DNA of 64,000 nt from a virus: the IMG/VR virus record IMGVR_UViG_3300009376_000001. The stretch is one strand, 5' to 3'. Under the pieces are notes generated by a model that did no database searches, was not told the origin of the DNA, and was given only the letters and a program-made list of their open reading frames with translations. Position 1 is the first letter of the stretch. Each line of letters begins with the position of its first letter. A program made the translations under genes and the position numbers. Positions 21,217-31,270 of the stretch are shown here, piece by piece.

Positions 21217-21399
21217 TTAGTCCTCCAACTTGTCAAATACGCCCAATTGCTTTCCAATTCTTGCCCATTCGGTAGGTTTAATCTGCCCATCGCCCATCGC
21301 AGCAATAATAGAATTTAATAATTCATCTCGATTTTCCACATTCTTAAGTCTTTTAAGAACAGCCTTACCTAATTTAATTGCTGTAAATATTTCAAACAT
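21217..21399 (-). CDS. Hypothetical protein
   Basis: RBS plus ORF in operon. Confidence 0.55.
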   Translation of the reverse strand: MFEIFTAIKLGKAVLKRLKNVENRDELLNSIIAAMGDGQIKPTEWARIGKQLGVFDKLED

Positions 21400-21402
21400 T
21401 CC

Positions 21403-21654
21403 TTACCTCTCTCCTGAACCACGCTCAGTCTCTAAAATTTTGCCTGCCAAATTGGAGATAGCAACGATACTACCAACACCAGCTGCGCTGATAATACCTT
21501 CCATTTCCATTTGCCAACCAATCCAAGATACCCCTAACCCCAACACCGCAATGATAATCATCCCTAACATTATGTTAGGTCTAATTCGCTTAAGTATGTC
21601 GCCTATACCATTTAAAATCGGACTCATAAGACCCCGCTGTACGTCTTTCTTCAT
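21403..21654 (-). CDS. Small two-TM membrane protein, possible holin
   Basis: Two hydrophobic segments; start re-assigned to MKKDV after GGAG, downstream of a terminator. Confidence 0.5.
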   Translation of the reverse strand: MKKDVQRGLMSPILNGIGDILKRIRPNIMLGMIIIAVLGLGVSWIGWQMEMEGIISAAGVGSIVAISNLAGKILETERGSGER

Positions 21655-21668
21655 AGAATTACTCCATG

Positions 21669-21698
21669 AAAAAAGGGTAGTCAAACTCGACTACCCTT
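21669..21698 (-). terminator. Intrinsic terminator after capsid/decoration genes
   Basis: AAGGGTAGTC/GACTACCCTT stem running into a U-tract on the minus strand. Confidence 0.7.
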
Positions 21699-21772
21699 CT
21701 CAATTACAGAATAAATTCTAAATTTTGAACAACAGTCGAGCTGACTCGTACTACCGTTTAAATTTTAAACTA

Positions 21773-22126
21773 TTAAAAGCCGACTATCAATGCCCTGATA
21801 CGAACACCAGTCAGGTCAACAGCGTTAGCAACCTGAATACTCGGACCGTCAGCCGAAGCGTTAAGGTCAGAATAGGTCATTATCAGTTTATTATTAGTGT
21901 AATCAAACGTAGGACTGTGTCCTAAGTCTGCAGCTGCATCCTCATCAGAAGTATTACTGATTGACTGAGGAGTTAGCAAGACTATGTCAAACCCAATCAA
22001 TCCCATATCCGCAGGAGTCAAAGACTCACCAGCAGTGGGATAACTGGAATCCATATCAATGTCTGCAGTAACAATTCTCTTGTTACCGAAAACTGAACGG
22101 TGAATTTCCGTAATAGTTAGTGCCAT
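21773..22126 (-). CDS. Putative capsid decoration/cement protein
   Basis: Immediately after the capsid gene; FGNKRIV..DSSYPTAGE..IRALIVGF. Confidence 0.55.
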   Translation of the reverse strand: MALTITEIHRSVFGNKRIVTADIDMDSSYPTAGESLTPADMGLIGFDIVLLTPQSISNTSDEDAAADLGHSPTFDYTNNKLIMTYSDLNASADGPSIQVANAVDLTGVRIRALIVGF

Positions 22127-22211
22127 GTTAATACTCCCTTACTGGATACCACCAATCCCGCCCTCAGAGGTTTCCCTCTTACTTCCAGCATCAGAATGTG
22201 TTTATAGATAA

Positions 22212-22244
22212 ATAGGGAAGTCAGTACAAGACTAACTTCCCTAT
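22212..22244 (-). terminator. Stem-loop downstream of the capsid gene
   Basis: ATAGGGAAGT...ACTTCCCTAT inverted repeat; weak U-tract. Confidence 0.45.
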
Positions 22245-22269
22245 ATTATGTACCGACTGAAGGACTAAA

Positions 22270-23574
22270 TTAGGCGTTCAGGTCAGTAATCTTGGCGTGT
22301 GCGTCCAAACGCAAGGATCGTAGTTCACCGATGGTGTAGAACAATCCACGAAGGACGAATGCGTTTGCCTGGAAGAAGTCTCGGTTGTCGATATACTGCG
22401 TAGGAGCAGCAATAGCGAGTTCCAAGTACCGTGTATCCATGACATAGACATTGCTACCAAGGTTAGCATCTGCAGCCGTGAACGAACCCTGAACATCAGG
22501 ATCGACAATGACTGGGATACCCCTATAAGTAGCCACCTGGAAGCCAGCGTGGGAACCTGGAAGAGTGGATTCGTCGCCGACTTTGACAACAAATTCGCCC
22601 CAGTCCAGATAACGTTGCTGAGCTTGCAACAGGGAAGATAGACGGTCAAACTGGTCATAACCCATCAGAATTACGTCAGGGTCAGCACCGTTTACACGAA
22701 CTTCACGAATGGCCTGGTCTAGCAGGGCCAACGTGAGGTTACGCCCAGTACCACTATTACCAAGAACGGTAGCAGCAGCATTGTGCGCTCCAGCAGCACG
22801 AGTAGTTTGGTTATATACGTCTACGCCGTTAGTAACAGTCACGCCAGCTACGACACGAGCATCTTGTTCGACGATGTCGTCAAGAGAAGTGAAGCCAGCA
22901 CGGCTCTTTACATAAACAATCTCACCGTCAGTCAAGTTTCCGCCACCTGTCCAAGTAGCGTCACTCTGAGCGTCAAGACCGCTATAAGTAAGAGCAGTAT
23001 CACCGATGGTGGTTCCACCGAAAGTGTCACCAACACGGAGAGTGTTACCAGCGGAGATTATTTCACCAGTACCAGAGGCACCAGCAGTCGAGGCGATGGT
23101 CATCGAGCGAAGCAGGAGTTCCTGGTTCAACTCTTTTATGTGGTCCCTAGCAGCAGCTTCTTGCTCAACTGCCAGGTTGTCCCCCATACCACCTTCCAGA
23201 CCGCTCATGATCTGGGACTTGAGTGAGACACCGAAGTCAGTAGCTACGATACGAGGAGCAGAGTCCACGTTGACGTAATTGCTGACATCGACAGTGGGAA
23301 GCGCACCAGTTTCAGTTACGGGACGGGAACGGCTATCGCCCCTATCTGACCGCAAACGCCAACCAGTGGTGGGTCCCCATTGTACTTTCCGAAGAATGTT
23401 CCAAAATCGTGTCTGGTTGTTCAATGCGTCCCAGACTTTACGTCCGTAAGTTGCAGTGAACACATCTGATACCTGAAGGTACGTTTGCTTAGCAAAGTAA
23501 CCAGGTGGCATCAGTGAGCTACGCAGATTTCGCTCCGCAGAAGATATATACTGCGCTATGCTTAGATCAGCCAT
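22270..23574 (-). CDS. Major capsid protein (HK97-fold)
   Basis: 434 aa after protease and scaffold; C-rich codon bias suggesting high expression; YGRKVWDALN..GW; VATYRGIPVIVD; YTIGELR..HAKITDL. Confidence 0.85.
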   Translation of the reverse strand: MADLSIAQYISSAERNLRSSLMPPGYFAKQTYLQVSDVFTATYGRKVWDALNNQTRFWNILRKVQWGPTTGWRLRSDRGDSRSRPVTETGALPTVDVSNYVNVDSAPRIVATDFGVSLKSQIMSGLEGGMGDNLAVEQEAAARDHIKELNQELLLRSMTIASTAGASGTGEIISAGNTLRVGDTFGGTTIGDTALTYSGLDAQSDATWTGGGNLTDGEIVYVKSRAGFTSLDDIVEQDARVVAGVTVTNGVDVYNQTTRAAGAHNAAATVLGNSGTGRNLTLALLDQAIREVRVNGADPDVILMGYDQFDRLSSLLQAQQRYLDWGEFVVKVGDESTLPGSHAGFQVATYRGIPVIVDPDVQGSFTAADANLGSNVYVMDTRYLELAIAAPTQYIDNRDFFQANAFVLRGLFYTIGELRSLRLDAHAKITDLNA

Positions 23575-24590
23575 TAGCTAGACCTCCCATTTGAAGGTCG
23601 TGGATAGTAATACAAGGTCTGAGGAGTAAGCTCACCAGACTGATTACGCATCCCGTTTACCAGTTTGAAATGCCCTCGGAGGTCATTAGCATCCGTCTGT
23701 TTGACGATTTGTTCGATGCCGTCAACGAATTGTTCAGCAACTTGCTCTTCATCAGACTTTTGGAAAGACTCACCTTCTACACCGATGCGCTGGTCTGGCA
23801 TCATTTGTGTAGAAACGGCTTCAGCTTGCTGCTCTTCACCATAAATGGGAGTGCGAGTAGCCATATCACCGTGAGAAGGATTAAGATTGAAGCTCTTCAA
23901 GCCTTTGCGTATGCCATCTTTGACATCTTTAGCAACGGACTTTTTGAGTTCAGAAATCTCGCCTTGCATTGAAGCATAATGTTGCTTTTCTTGCTCACGA
24001 GAACTTAGAAGACCTTTGATGTCCTTTAGAAGTTCGTTGATGCCATCGGCACTGCGGGCCATGTAATTCTTTTCCATGTCCTCGTCTTCTTCGTCCATCA
24101 TTTCTTCATCGTCGGCAACATCTTCTTCGATATCTTCGACTTCGTCTTCCATTATGTCTTCGTCATCACCATTCTCATGATGATCTTTTTCTAGACCTTC
24201 TGGAATCCGACTGGAATCGCCAGGATACGAGTATCCTCCGGCTCCATGCATGCCATCAGCCCGTGGGCCACCAGCTTGCACTGCTTGTCCATCAACCATA
24301 TGTTTTGCGAAGTCAGCCAAAATAGCTTCAAGATCGCTCTTATGGAGGTATGGATCAGTTCCCTGAGCACCAGCTTTGGTAGAATTGGTACCAGATGAAC
24401 CCATCTGATTCCGACCTACTGTATCGCCACCACTAAGGGGATTTAACTTGTCCACCCAATCATCCGGCAATGCTTTCTGAGAGGCATCTTCGCCACGAAC
24501 ATGGGGTGGATAATTCACTCCATACTCTTTGACGATATACTCTCGCAAAGCCTTCAAGATGGGCAGAAGTTCTGAAGTATTGGAAGCCAT
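23574..24590 (-). CDS. Capsid scaffolding protein
   Basis: Acidic tract plus coiled coil; lies between protease and capsid genes. Confidence 0.65.
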   Translation of the reverse strand: MASNTSELLPILKALREYIVKEYGVNYPPHVRGEDASQKALPDDWVDKLNPLSGGDTVGRNQMGSSGTNSTKAGAQGTDPYLHKSDLEAILADFAKHMVDGQAVQAGGPRADGMHGAGGYSYPGDSSRIPEGLEKDHHENGDDEDIMEDEVEDIEEDVADDEEMMDEEDEDMEKNYMARSADGINELLKDIKGLLSSREQEKQHYASMQGEISELKKSVAKDVKDGIRKGLKSFNLNPSHGDMATRTPIYGEEQQAEAVSTQMMPDQRIGVEGESFQKSDEEQVAEQFVDGIEQIVKQTDANDLRGHFKLVNGMRNQSGELTPQTLYYYPRPSNGRSS

Positions 24591-24680
24591 ACTTTGCCCC
24601 TCCTAATAGGACTAACTATTATAATAGTATAAAATATTATAGGTGTCTATATTTTTACCAAAAAATTGCAATAATTATTT

Positions 24681-27593
24681 TTATCTAGGTCGTAAACTTG
24701 AATCAAACTCTAATTCTTTAATGTTATAACATTCTGGACAAATCATAGGATCTGGTTTTTGTATGATATCTGTAATATATGATTTAGGATTCATTGGAGT
24801 AACACACAACGTTACTTCATAAATCTCCAAATCAGTTACTTCCGTCCAACATTTACCATGTTCACAAATAGTTTTCTTATCTTTTGCATTACCTGCAATA
24901 GAAAATCCTCGCATTCCGCCTTTTAAGACCTCAGCCATAGCTTTTCTAGAAACTTCTAAATCAGTTCTAAACGCTGCAACCACAAACAGTCCTTCAGGTC
25001 GAACCTCGGTTTTCCATTCTTTCCCCGTGGCATCTACAAATCTACGTAGAATTTGACCAACCTGGATGCCCGAATGGAAAATGTTCATATTGGCAAATTC
25101 TTTTTTACCTAAGAATTTATTCATAGCCCGTCGCATGCCATCCAAACCAATACGATGACCTTCACGGTCTACAATATAATAATTACCCCATCCAGCAACC
25201 ACTAAAGTACGACCTGTATCCATTTTTTGAATGGAATTCTCAGTTAATACTTTAAACGCTTCATGCTCTCCCAAAGATTCTGGCGTATCACCCTTACCTA
25301 ACACATAGCTACCTAAATCTTGAGACAATAACGCCAAATTGGTGTATTGTTCCGCTGCATTATCATTAATACTGCGTAATCGATGGTCTTCATCTATAAA
25401 TTGTCTAGTAGCTCGTTCATGTTCTGGTTTCTGAGATATTGCCGTAGGAGCATATGCTTCTTCATCGTCAGCAATCACATAACTACTAGCTTGATCTAGT
25501 CCAATAGGCTGCTGTTCTTTCGGAATTTGATGTTCCTGATCTGAAGCTCTTTGCTCCGCATCATCATCTTCGGAATCTCCAGGCTTATGTCGCTCTACAG
25601 AACGAGGAGGACGAGTATTATCATCAGATGGATATGGAAGTTGAGATACACCTTCATAAGATCCAGCATCCATTGAGTCTTTCAATTGTAAAGCTGAATT
25701 ATATTTACGTTCTCGTCCAGTACGTCCACCATGTGTAGCGGTATGAGTTGCATCTCCTCCGCTTCCTCCAGTGGACATAGCAGTACCTCCACTAAATCCT
25801 CCACCGCCTCCGTCGCCTCCAGCACCTCCGCCTCCACCTGCGCCACCTCCGCCCCCACCTTCTTTCAAAACAGGAGTACGATTAATAGGCTTTAAATTAG
25901 AATCATAATCAGATTCTAAATCGGTATCTGTAGCATCAGCAGGAGCAATCATGGTAACACTGCCATCACCTCCGCCTTCAACCCCCTCTCCGCCCGTACC
26001 ACCAGAAGCTTTCGTATTTACATCTACTCCATCAGTTTCTTCAGGAGAAATATCTATAACAGCACCAGATGAAAAAGCTTGTGTTCCTGTACCAGTTTCT
26101 GCACTGGAAAGAGCTTCTCGTCCATCCTCATCAGGATCAATAGGCTTTTGAGCATCCCTTTCATTATTAGCATATGCCTTCATAGCTAAGGAGGATTTTT
26201 TATTTTCCTCCTCTTCTTTTATCCGACGATAATGCTGAGAAGAAGCCATTGTTCCGTCATTTAAAGCTTCAGGATCGTCTACGCCTAATCCACCTTCATT
26301 AGATTGCTTTTGTATAGGCTTAGAAGGAACCCGACCTTCATCTATATCTGAATATTCCAGATTTTTAAAGTTATCATGTTGAGCTTTAATACGACTCGGA
26401 ACGGTAGCAGTGCCTAATTGATTAGGTTTACGGTCATTTTTATTTGATTGCTGGATGCCCTGATCATCATCTCCTGTGCTGAAAGAAGAAGTTGCTCCCT
26501 CAACAACATTACCAACTGCACTGCCAATACCTGATGCAACAGCCCCGACTCCACGAGCTACTCCTCCAGCAATTGCACCCAAAGCAGGAAGAATCTTTTC
26601 TATTTCTTGTCCACGGACCTGATGAAGCTTATCTTGCCCCTCTACATCATCGCCTTCTTTAAGCTTTACTTTATTAGGAGTAAATACATCCCCAACAGAA
26701 CTAAAAGGATCTCCTAAATCAGAAACATCTCGCTGTTTACTAAAAGCGAACCATTCTCCATCTTGTTGAGTTAATCTAATCTCAACTCCGCCAGCATCAG
26801 CATTCTTAACTAAGAAAGCAAAACCTTCTTCCGCATCATTAGGAATATATTCCCGCATGATAACGTTAGGTTTCTTTTCATCAGTTTTATAATTAGCAGG
26901 ACTCTCTAAATCTTCGTCACTGGTATAGATAAGGTCACGTACATCTTTTTGTACGCCCTCTATTTCTTCTTCTTTATGTTCTCCGGCTTCCCACGGCTGT
27001 TCAGAAACTTCTGCCCATTTTTCGTTCCTCTCAGCCATAGGTACAGGCTTAAAAAGATCACAATACATCTCTTCTTTGACAGGAAGGTCTATCTTTGTAC
27101 AATATCCGCCTGCAGCAAAAAAGATACAGGTATGACATTCTTCAGCTTCTTTCTCAGAAGGACGATAATTAATAAAATCTAAAACGTCTAAATTACTACG
27201 ATTATGTTTAATTAGGTTGAGAAAACTCTCTTCAGAAAATTCTTTAACTAATTCAATACCATCTAAAGACGAAGCTAAATGATCATGTCCTATAGCTGCT
27301 AGCATATCCCTAACATGGTCATTACGTGCCTGAAGAATTTCCCTTAACGCAGCAAAAGAAGGATCAGAACCTTTCTCTTCATCGTCATGAATCTGAGCAA
27401 CTTGATTATAAAATACAGAAGCTGCTTTCTCCCCATCAGGACCAGCATAAAGATTATTTCCGTCTAGACGCACAAAAAACACATCATTATGATGTGCTAA
27501 TTCCACAGCATGGGATTGATCTTGATAAAGACTGAGGATATCAATATCCTCTAATTCTTTTATTAATGCATCTAAAGCGTTTAAGTCAGTCAT
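24681..27593 (-). CDS. Large prohead protease (C-terminal HK97/XkdF-like protease domain)
   Basis: VAGWGNYYIVDREGHRI..NIFHSGIQVG..MRGFSIAG..IYEVTLCVTPMNP; long low-complexity N-terminal region. Confidence 0.8.
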   Translation of the reverse strand: MTDLNALDALIKELEDIDILSLYQDQSHAVELAHHNDVFFVRLDGNNLYAGPDGEKAASVFYNQVAQIHDDEEKGSDPSFAALREILQARNDHVRDMLAAIGHDHLASSLDGIELVKEFSEESFLNLIKHNRSNLDVLDFINYRPSEKEAEECHTCIFFAAGGYCTKIDLPVKEEMYCDLFKPVPMAERNEKWAEVSEQPWEAGEHKEEEIEGVQKDVRDLIYTSDEDLESPANYKTDEKKPNVIMREYIPNDAEEGFAFLVKNADAGGVEIRLTQQDGEWFAFSKQRDVSDLGDPFSSVGDVFTPNKVKLKEGDDVEGQDKLHQVRGQEIEKILPALGAIAGGVARGVGAVASGIGSAVGNVVEGATSSFSTGDDDQGIQQSNKNDRKPNQLGTATVPSRIKAQHDNFKNLEYSDIDEGRVPSKPIQKQSNEGGLGVDDPEALNDGTMASSQHYRRIKEEEENKKSSLAMKAYANNERDAQKPIDPDEDGREALSSAETGTGTQAFSSGAVIDISPEETDGVDVNTKASGGTGGEGVEGGGDGSVTMIAPADATDTDLESDYDSNLKPINRTPVLKEGGGGGGAGGGGGAGGDGGGGGFSGGTAMSTGGSGGDATHTATHGGRTGRERKYNSALQLKDSMDAGSYEGVSQLPYPSDDNTRPPRSVERHKPGDSEDDDAEQRASDQEHQIPKEQQPIGLDQASSYVIADDEEAYAPTAISQKPEHERATRQFIDEDHRLRSINDNAAEQYTNLALLSQDLGSYVLGKGDTPESLGEHEAFKVLTENSIQKMDTGRTLVVAGWGNYYIVDREGHRIGLDGMRRAMNKFLGKKEFANMNIFHSGIQVGQILRRFVDATGKEWKTEVRPEGLFVVAAFRTDLEVSRKAMAEVLKGGMRGFSIAGNAKDKKTICEHGKCWTEVTDLEIYEVTLCVTPMNPKSYITDIIQKPDPMICPECYNIKELEFDSSLRPR

Positions 27594-27602
27594 TAACTAA
27601 AG

Positions 27603-28790
27603 TCATCCTATACTTGGTTGGATGGCACGTTGTGTGGGAGCCGATGGACTAGAACCCCCAAATAGCGGAGCATGACGTGCGCCTGTCTCTCTCATTGCGG
27701 TAGCTTCATTTACATTACCAGGAAGAGCACGTGATCCTCCGCCTGGAGTCATAGCATAGACCTGCTCGCCTCCCGTCTGCTTCTCTATTCCCTCTTGTTC
27801 AGGAGACTCCTGAACATTATGAGAGGGTCATTTATCGCAGTCTTCGTCTTCAGGACCTGTCTCCAGACCATCGGCAGACATGCCCAAACCATCTATGGCG
27901 GAGCCTCCACTACTATTAGGCATCATTTCCAAATCTTGAGAGACAGCGTTAGCTTTTTCCACCGACAAAAAATCAGATAATTCAAAAACATCTGGCTCAT
28001 AGTATAGGAAGGCGGATAAAAAGGCAGGTTCGTTCACTGTATCTATACTTTTCGCTATATTCATACTAGATTCCCACCAATCTTTAGTAGGACGTGTCGA
28101 TCGATTTGTTAGCATCTGATGAACTATTGTTCCTTCGACCAAATCTTCTGCATTAATACTTTCATCTAAATCAAATGATTTTAAAATACTAATATCATCA
28201 ACTAAAGCAGTATCGCCATCCTGTTTAGGCAATACACGATCCACGGAACCCCAAATTTTCAGAATATCAATAGATTTAGCATGAGTACGGACTACAGAAC
28301 TCACAAAATCATTTGATTTTGTAACATCATTCGTCTCATCTTCGTCATCTTCAGTAGTAGCGTATCGATTTAAAAAGGGTTCAGCAATACTGGATTCAGA
28401 ATTTTCCTGCTCATGTCTCTCTAAGTTAGTATTCTGATCATATTCCCCTTTTTCTACATCATCACCTTGAATCTTTGAAGATATTTTATCTCCAATAGCT
28501 TCTCCAATAGCAGGAGCAGCTGCTCTAGCTACTGTACCCATTAAGCCAGATTTCTCTACTTCGTTTTCAGACTGATAAGGATCATCCCCGTTAGTACTAT
28601 CCACATTTACATGCACAGACGGAGCTTTAGCAGGCTGGTGGTCTGACGTATGCCAGTGCATAACATCAGGACACCAATGGTCAGCCTCAGGCAATTCATC
28701 TTCGGTCTTCTGCAAATGCGAAGACTCAATAGAATCAATCATTAAATGTAGGCCATTTACGAAATCTAAATCAGCTTGGGACTGCGTCAT
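27603..28790 (-). CDS. Head-associated protein; ORF 27828-28790 plus an in-frame 74-codon extension past a UGA
   Basis: Acidic, with many (I/V/L)xK motifs; frame stays open from the UGA at 27830-27828 to the UGA at 27605-27603; hairpin directly after the first UGA. Confidence 0.55.
27790..27827 (-). promoter_or_regulatory. SECIS-like or readthrough stem-loop 3' of an in-frame UGA
   Basis: CCCTCT-cataa-TGTTCAGGA-gtc-TCCTGAACA-AGAGGG begins at the first base after UGA. Confidence 0.5.
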
Positions 28791-29097
28791 TTTGCCAAAC
28801 CTCCGGCGGTGCCACCAATATCACAGGTGGATGATATGCATTACAAAGATGATAAATAGTAGAAGACGATGCTTCTCTCATAGCCATTATCTTGAATACT
28901 TCAAATAATTCAATATCCACAAATTGTACTGCTGGGCCATCAACACCTACATCAATCGCTGCCCAACGATTTGGATAATTCTCAATTAAATCAGACCTAT
29001 TGCTCAATAACCATTGCACATTTGCTGACCGATTAATTTCAACTTCTGCTTTCATTTTAGCCTTACCTATCTCCTTCCTTACCTTTGACAAAACCAT
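28771..29097 (-). CDS. DUF5678-like protein
   Basis: WLLSNRSDLIENYPNRWAAID motif. Confidence 0.5.
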   Translation of the reverse strand: MVLSKVRKEIGKAKMKAEVEINRSANVQWLLSNRSDLIENYPNRWAAIDVGVDGPAVQFVDIELFEVFKIMAMREASSSTIYHLCNAYHPPVILVAPPEVWQNDAVPS

Positions 29098-29111
29098 ACC
29101 TTACCTTACCA

Positions 29112-29537
29112 TTACCCAAGATATTCTTGATTATAAGAATTTAAAGACTGTAGTCCAGGATCTGGACACGTATTATTTATCGGTGTCGAATTCTTAGGAA
29201 TATAATATTTATTAGTCGCATCTAAAAATCGTTCATATAAATAATACCAAAGATTCTCAGAAAATTCCTCTACTGTACAACCACGTGTTTGAGCATCTCG
29301 TCCGGCTTCTGCCTTCCAACGTTCTAAAACTCGTAATTTCCAATCATTAAAATCTAAATTATATGAGTTCTTTGGTTCAATAACTTTACCTGGCGTAGGC
29401 ATACGAGTTTCTCCATAGCCTCCTACGTCAGCATAATAAAAATCATCAAACGCATCCCATAATGCGTCTTGAAATTCATTGTAATTATGGAATTGTCTAG
29501 AAACAACTAATCCAGGCTGATGCTTAGTCTGTTTCAT
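29112..29537 (-). CDS. Hypothetical protein
   Basis: ORF in operon. Confidence 0.6.
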   Translation of the reverse strand: MKQTKHQPGLVVSRQFHNYNEFQDALWDAFDDFYYADVGGYGETRMPTPGKVIEPKNSYNLDFNDWKLRVLERWKAEAGRDAQTRGCTVEEFSENLWYYLYERFLDATNKYYIPKNSTPINNTCPDPGLQSLNSYNQEYLG

Positions 29538-29598
29538 TTACGGCTCTATAGGAGCTATTTTCTCTATTTGGTTTGGACACCAACGAGCAGGCTCAAAA

Positions 29599-30051
29599 TT
29601 AGGTTCCGGATCCGGCTGAATCCGTGGATTCGTCTTTGGTACTACTGTCGGTTTCGTCTTCGGTGATGTTGGCATCTATCTCTATCTCCTTAGCAAGGAA
29701 TTTATATAGTTTTAATTTTAAATCGTATCCCGCATCTGATCCTGTTCCCCAACGAAAAGTCGTAGGAACAATAGCTAACAGTGTTCTTGCTAAAAATTCA
29801 TCAATGGGCAAAGACTCAGTAAGTGAAGAAATCTGAGTAGGTTGCCCTTTCTTTTGTCTAGTTAAAGAACTAATTCCTCTCCAAACATCATATCTAAAAG
29901 ATGACCAATTGGTGACTAAATCTTCTAGAGGAGCATTCGGTATTAGTCCTGAGCCAGAACACATAACCCAATCCAAAAGAAGAAGCTCTTCTTCTGTAAC
30001 CGTAATGTTTTCTACAACTGGAAGTTCCCAGCCGTCATCCCCTAGTACCAT
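29599..30051 (-). CDS. Hypothetical protein
   Basis: GAGG RBS plus ORF. Confidence 0.6.
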   Translation of the reverse strand: MVLGDDGWELPVVENITVTEEELLLLDWVMCSGSGLIPNAPLEDLVTNWSSFRYDVWRGISSLTRQKKGQPTQISSLTESLPIDEFLARTLLAIVPTTFRWGTGSDAGYDLKLKLYKFLAKEIEIDANITEDETDSSTKDESTDSAGSGT

Positions 30052-30088
30052 ATACTACCTCGCATGCCTACGGCAGCTAAATACCGCC

Positions 30089-30631
30089 TCAAGCAGCTTC
30101 TAAATGACTTGGATCGCCTTTTTTATGCTTACATTTAGCACGAGATTGTTTATCCAAATATCTATTAATTAACGTAACAGGGTCAGCAGATCGATTAAAA
30201 CCGCCTTCCTGTGGGCCATAGGTCGCAAATGAAGCAGCAGATGGACCCGTACTGCCTCCCCCTGATCCCGGCTGTGAGGTAGCATGGATACCCATTGAGC
30301 CGCCACCAGGAGCACTACCCCAATTAGTAGTAGGAGCCTGATATACAGTACCAGAACGTCCAATAGTGCCTGAAGCTCCTACTGCCCCACACATATTCTG
30401 AGTACACGCTTTGCCTATTTCAGAGCCTTTTTCATGCCCACAAGGAAAAGTATGTTCATGTTTTTCTACATAACCATCGATAGCTTTCTTAATTAATGAA
30501 ACTATCATAGATTTAGACGCAAAATCACTAAGCTTGTCTTCACTCATGCTAGTTTTAGTCTTCTTACCAGCACGAGCACGAGCAAGCTCAGCACCCATAA
30601 ATCGACGTTGTTTCTCTGATTTAGCTGGCAT
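30089..30631 (-). CDS. DUF3008-like N-terminus, probable head-associated protein
   Basis: MPAKSEKQRRFMGAELAR..MSEDKLSDFASK. Confidence 0.65.
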   Translation of the reverse strand: MPAKSEKQRRFMGAELARARAGKKTKTSMSEDKLSDFASKSMIVSLIKKAIDGYVEKHEHTFPCGHEKGSEIGKACTQNMCGAVGASGTIGRSGTVYQAPTTNWGSAPGGGSMGIHATSQPGSGGGSTGPSAASFATYGPQEGGFNRSADPVTLINRYLDKQSRAKCKHKKGDPSHLEAA

Positions 30632-31270
30632 TTATCCTTGATAAGACCAAGAGCGAGAACCTTCTTCTAAATCATCACTCTTAAGTATTTTACGAGAAGC
30701 TACATCACTAGTAGGAGTACGAGGAGGTGTCAAAAAACGTTCACCTGTCTCAGTGTCTACCGCATGTCCCATCTCACTCTGATGGCCTTCACCGATATTA
30801 GTTTTAGCCTCTTCCTCATCGGCAGCACTCATCATGCCATGAGCTTGTGAAATTTTTCTAGATTCCGGCGGGCCTGAGCGATTCCGTTTGAAATCAGGAG
30901 CCATCTTCGGAGATCTAACACCACGTGTCTCGCTACCCATCTGAGCGTCATATGGCTCTTGCAAATGACCATATTCCGCATCGTAGTCAGTTTCTTTCTC
31001 TACATATTGTTCAATGGCTTTGATTAAAGTAGCTTCTTCCGACTCATCATCAGAGAGAACTATTACAGGCTGTTGAGAAAGAATCGGAGAATCATAATTA
31101 TTAGTTGCGCCCTTTACAGGCTCCAATATCTGATCTTTAAGACCAGGTTCTCCTTTAGGAGAATAAATATCAGTAACAGCTAAACGATTCATACCGCTGT
31201 AATCACCGATACGAATCTTGTCATCCGCCACTTCGGGAAAATCCTTCCTTCCTTTAAAATCAGGCATCAT
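30632..31270 (-). CDS. Probable internal head protein
   Basis: GGAGGAG RBS before MMPDF; LIKA/VEKE/ILKS motifs. Confidence 0.55.
   Translation of the reverse strand: MMPDFKGRKDFPEVADDKIRIGDYSGMNRLAVTDIYSPKGEPGLKDQILEPVKGATNNYDSPILSQQPVIVLSDDESEEATLIKAIEQYVEKETDYDAEYGHLQEPYDAQMGSETRGVRSPKMAPDFKRNRSGPPESRKISQAHGMMSAADEEEAKTNIGEGHQSEMGHAVDTETGERFLTPPRTPTSDVASRKILKSDDLEEGSRSWSYQG

Noticed and set aside
25795-25862. CCGCCT-type repeat as a DNA element
   Set aside because: It encodes the poly-Gly tract of the protease ORF.
494-27980. Many plus-strand ORFs opposite the structural genes (e.g. 3265-3873, 6842-7492, 13461-14120, 22783-23226)
   Set aside because: Antisense shadows of Thr/Ala/Gly-rich minus-strand genes.
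30060-30091. Second UGA-readthrough candidate after the DUF3008-like gene
   Set aside because: Only three codons to the next stop, a weak hairpin with no loop G, and no Cys context.
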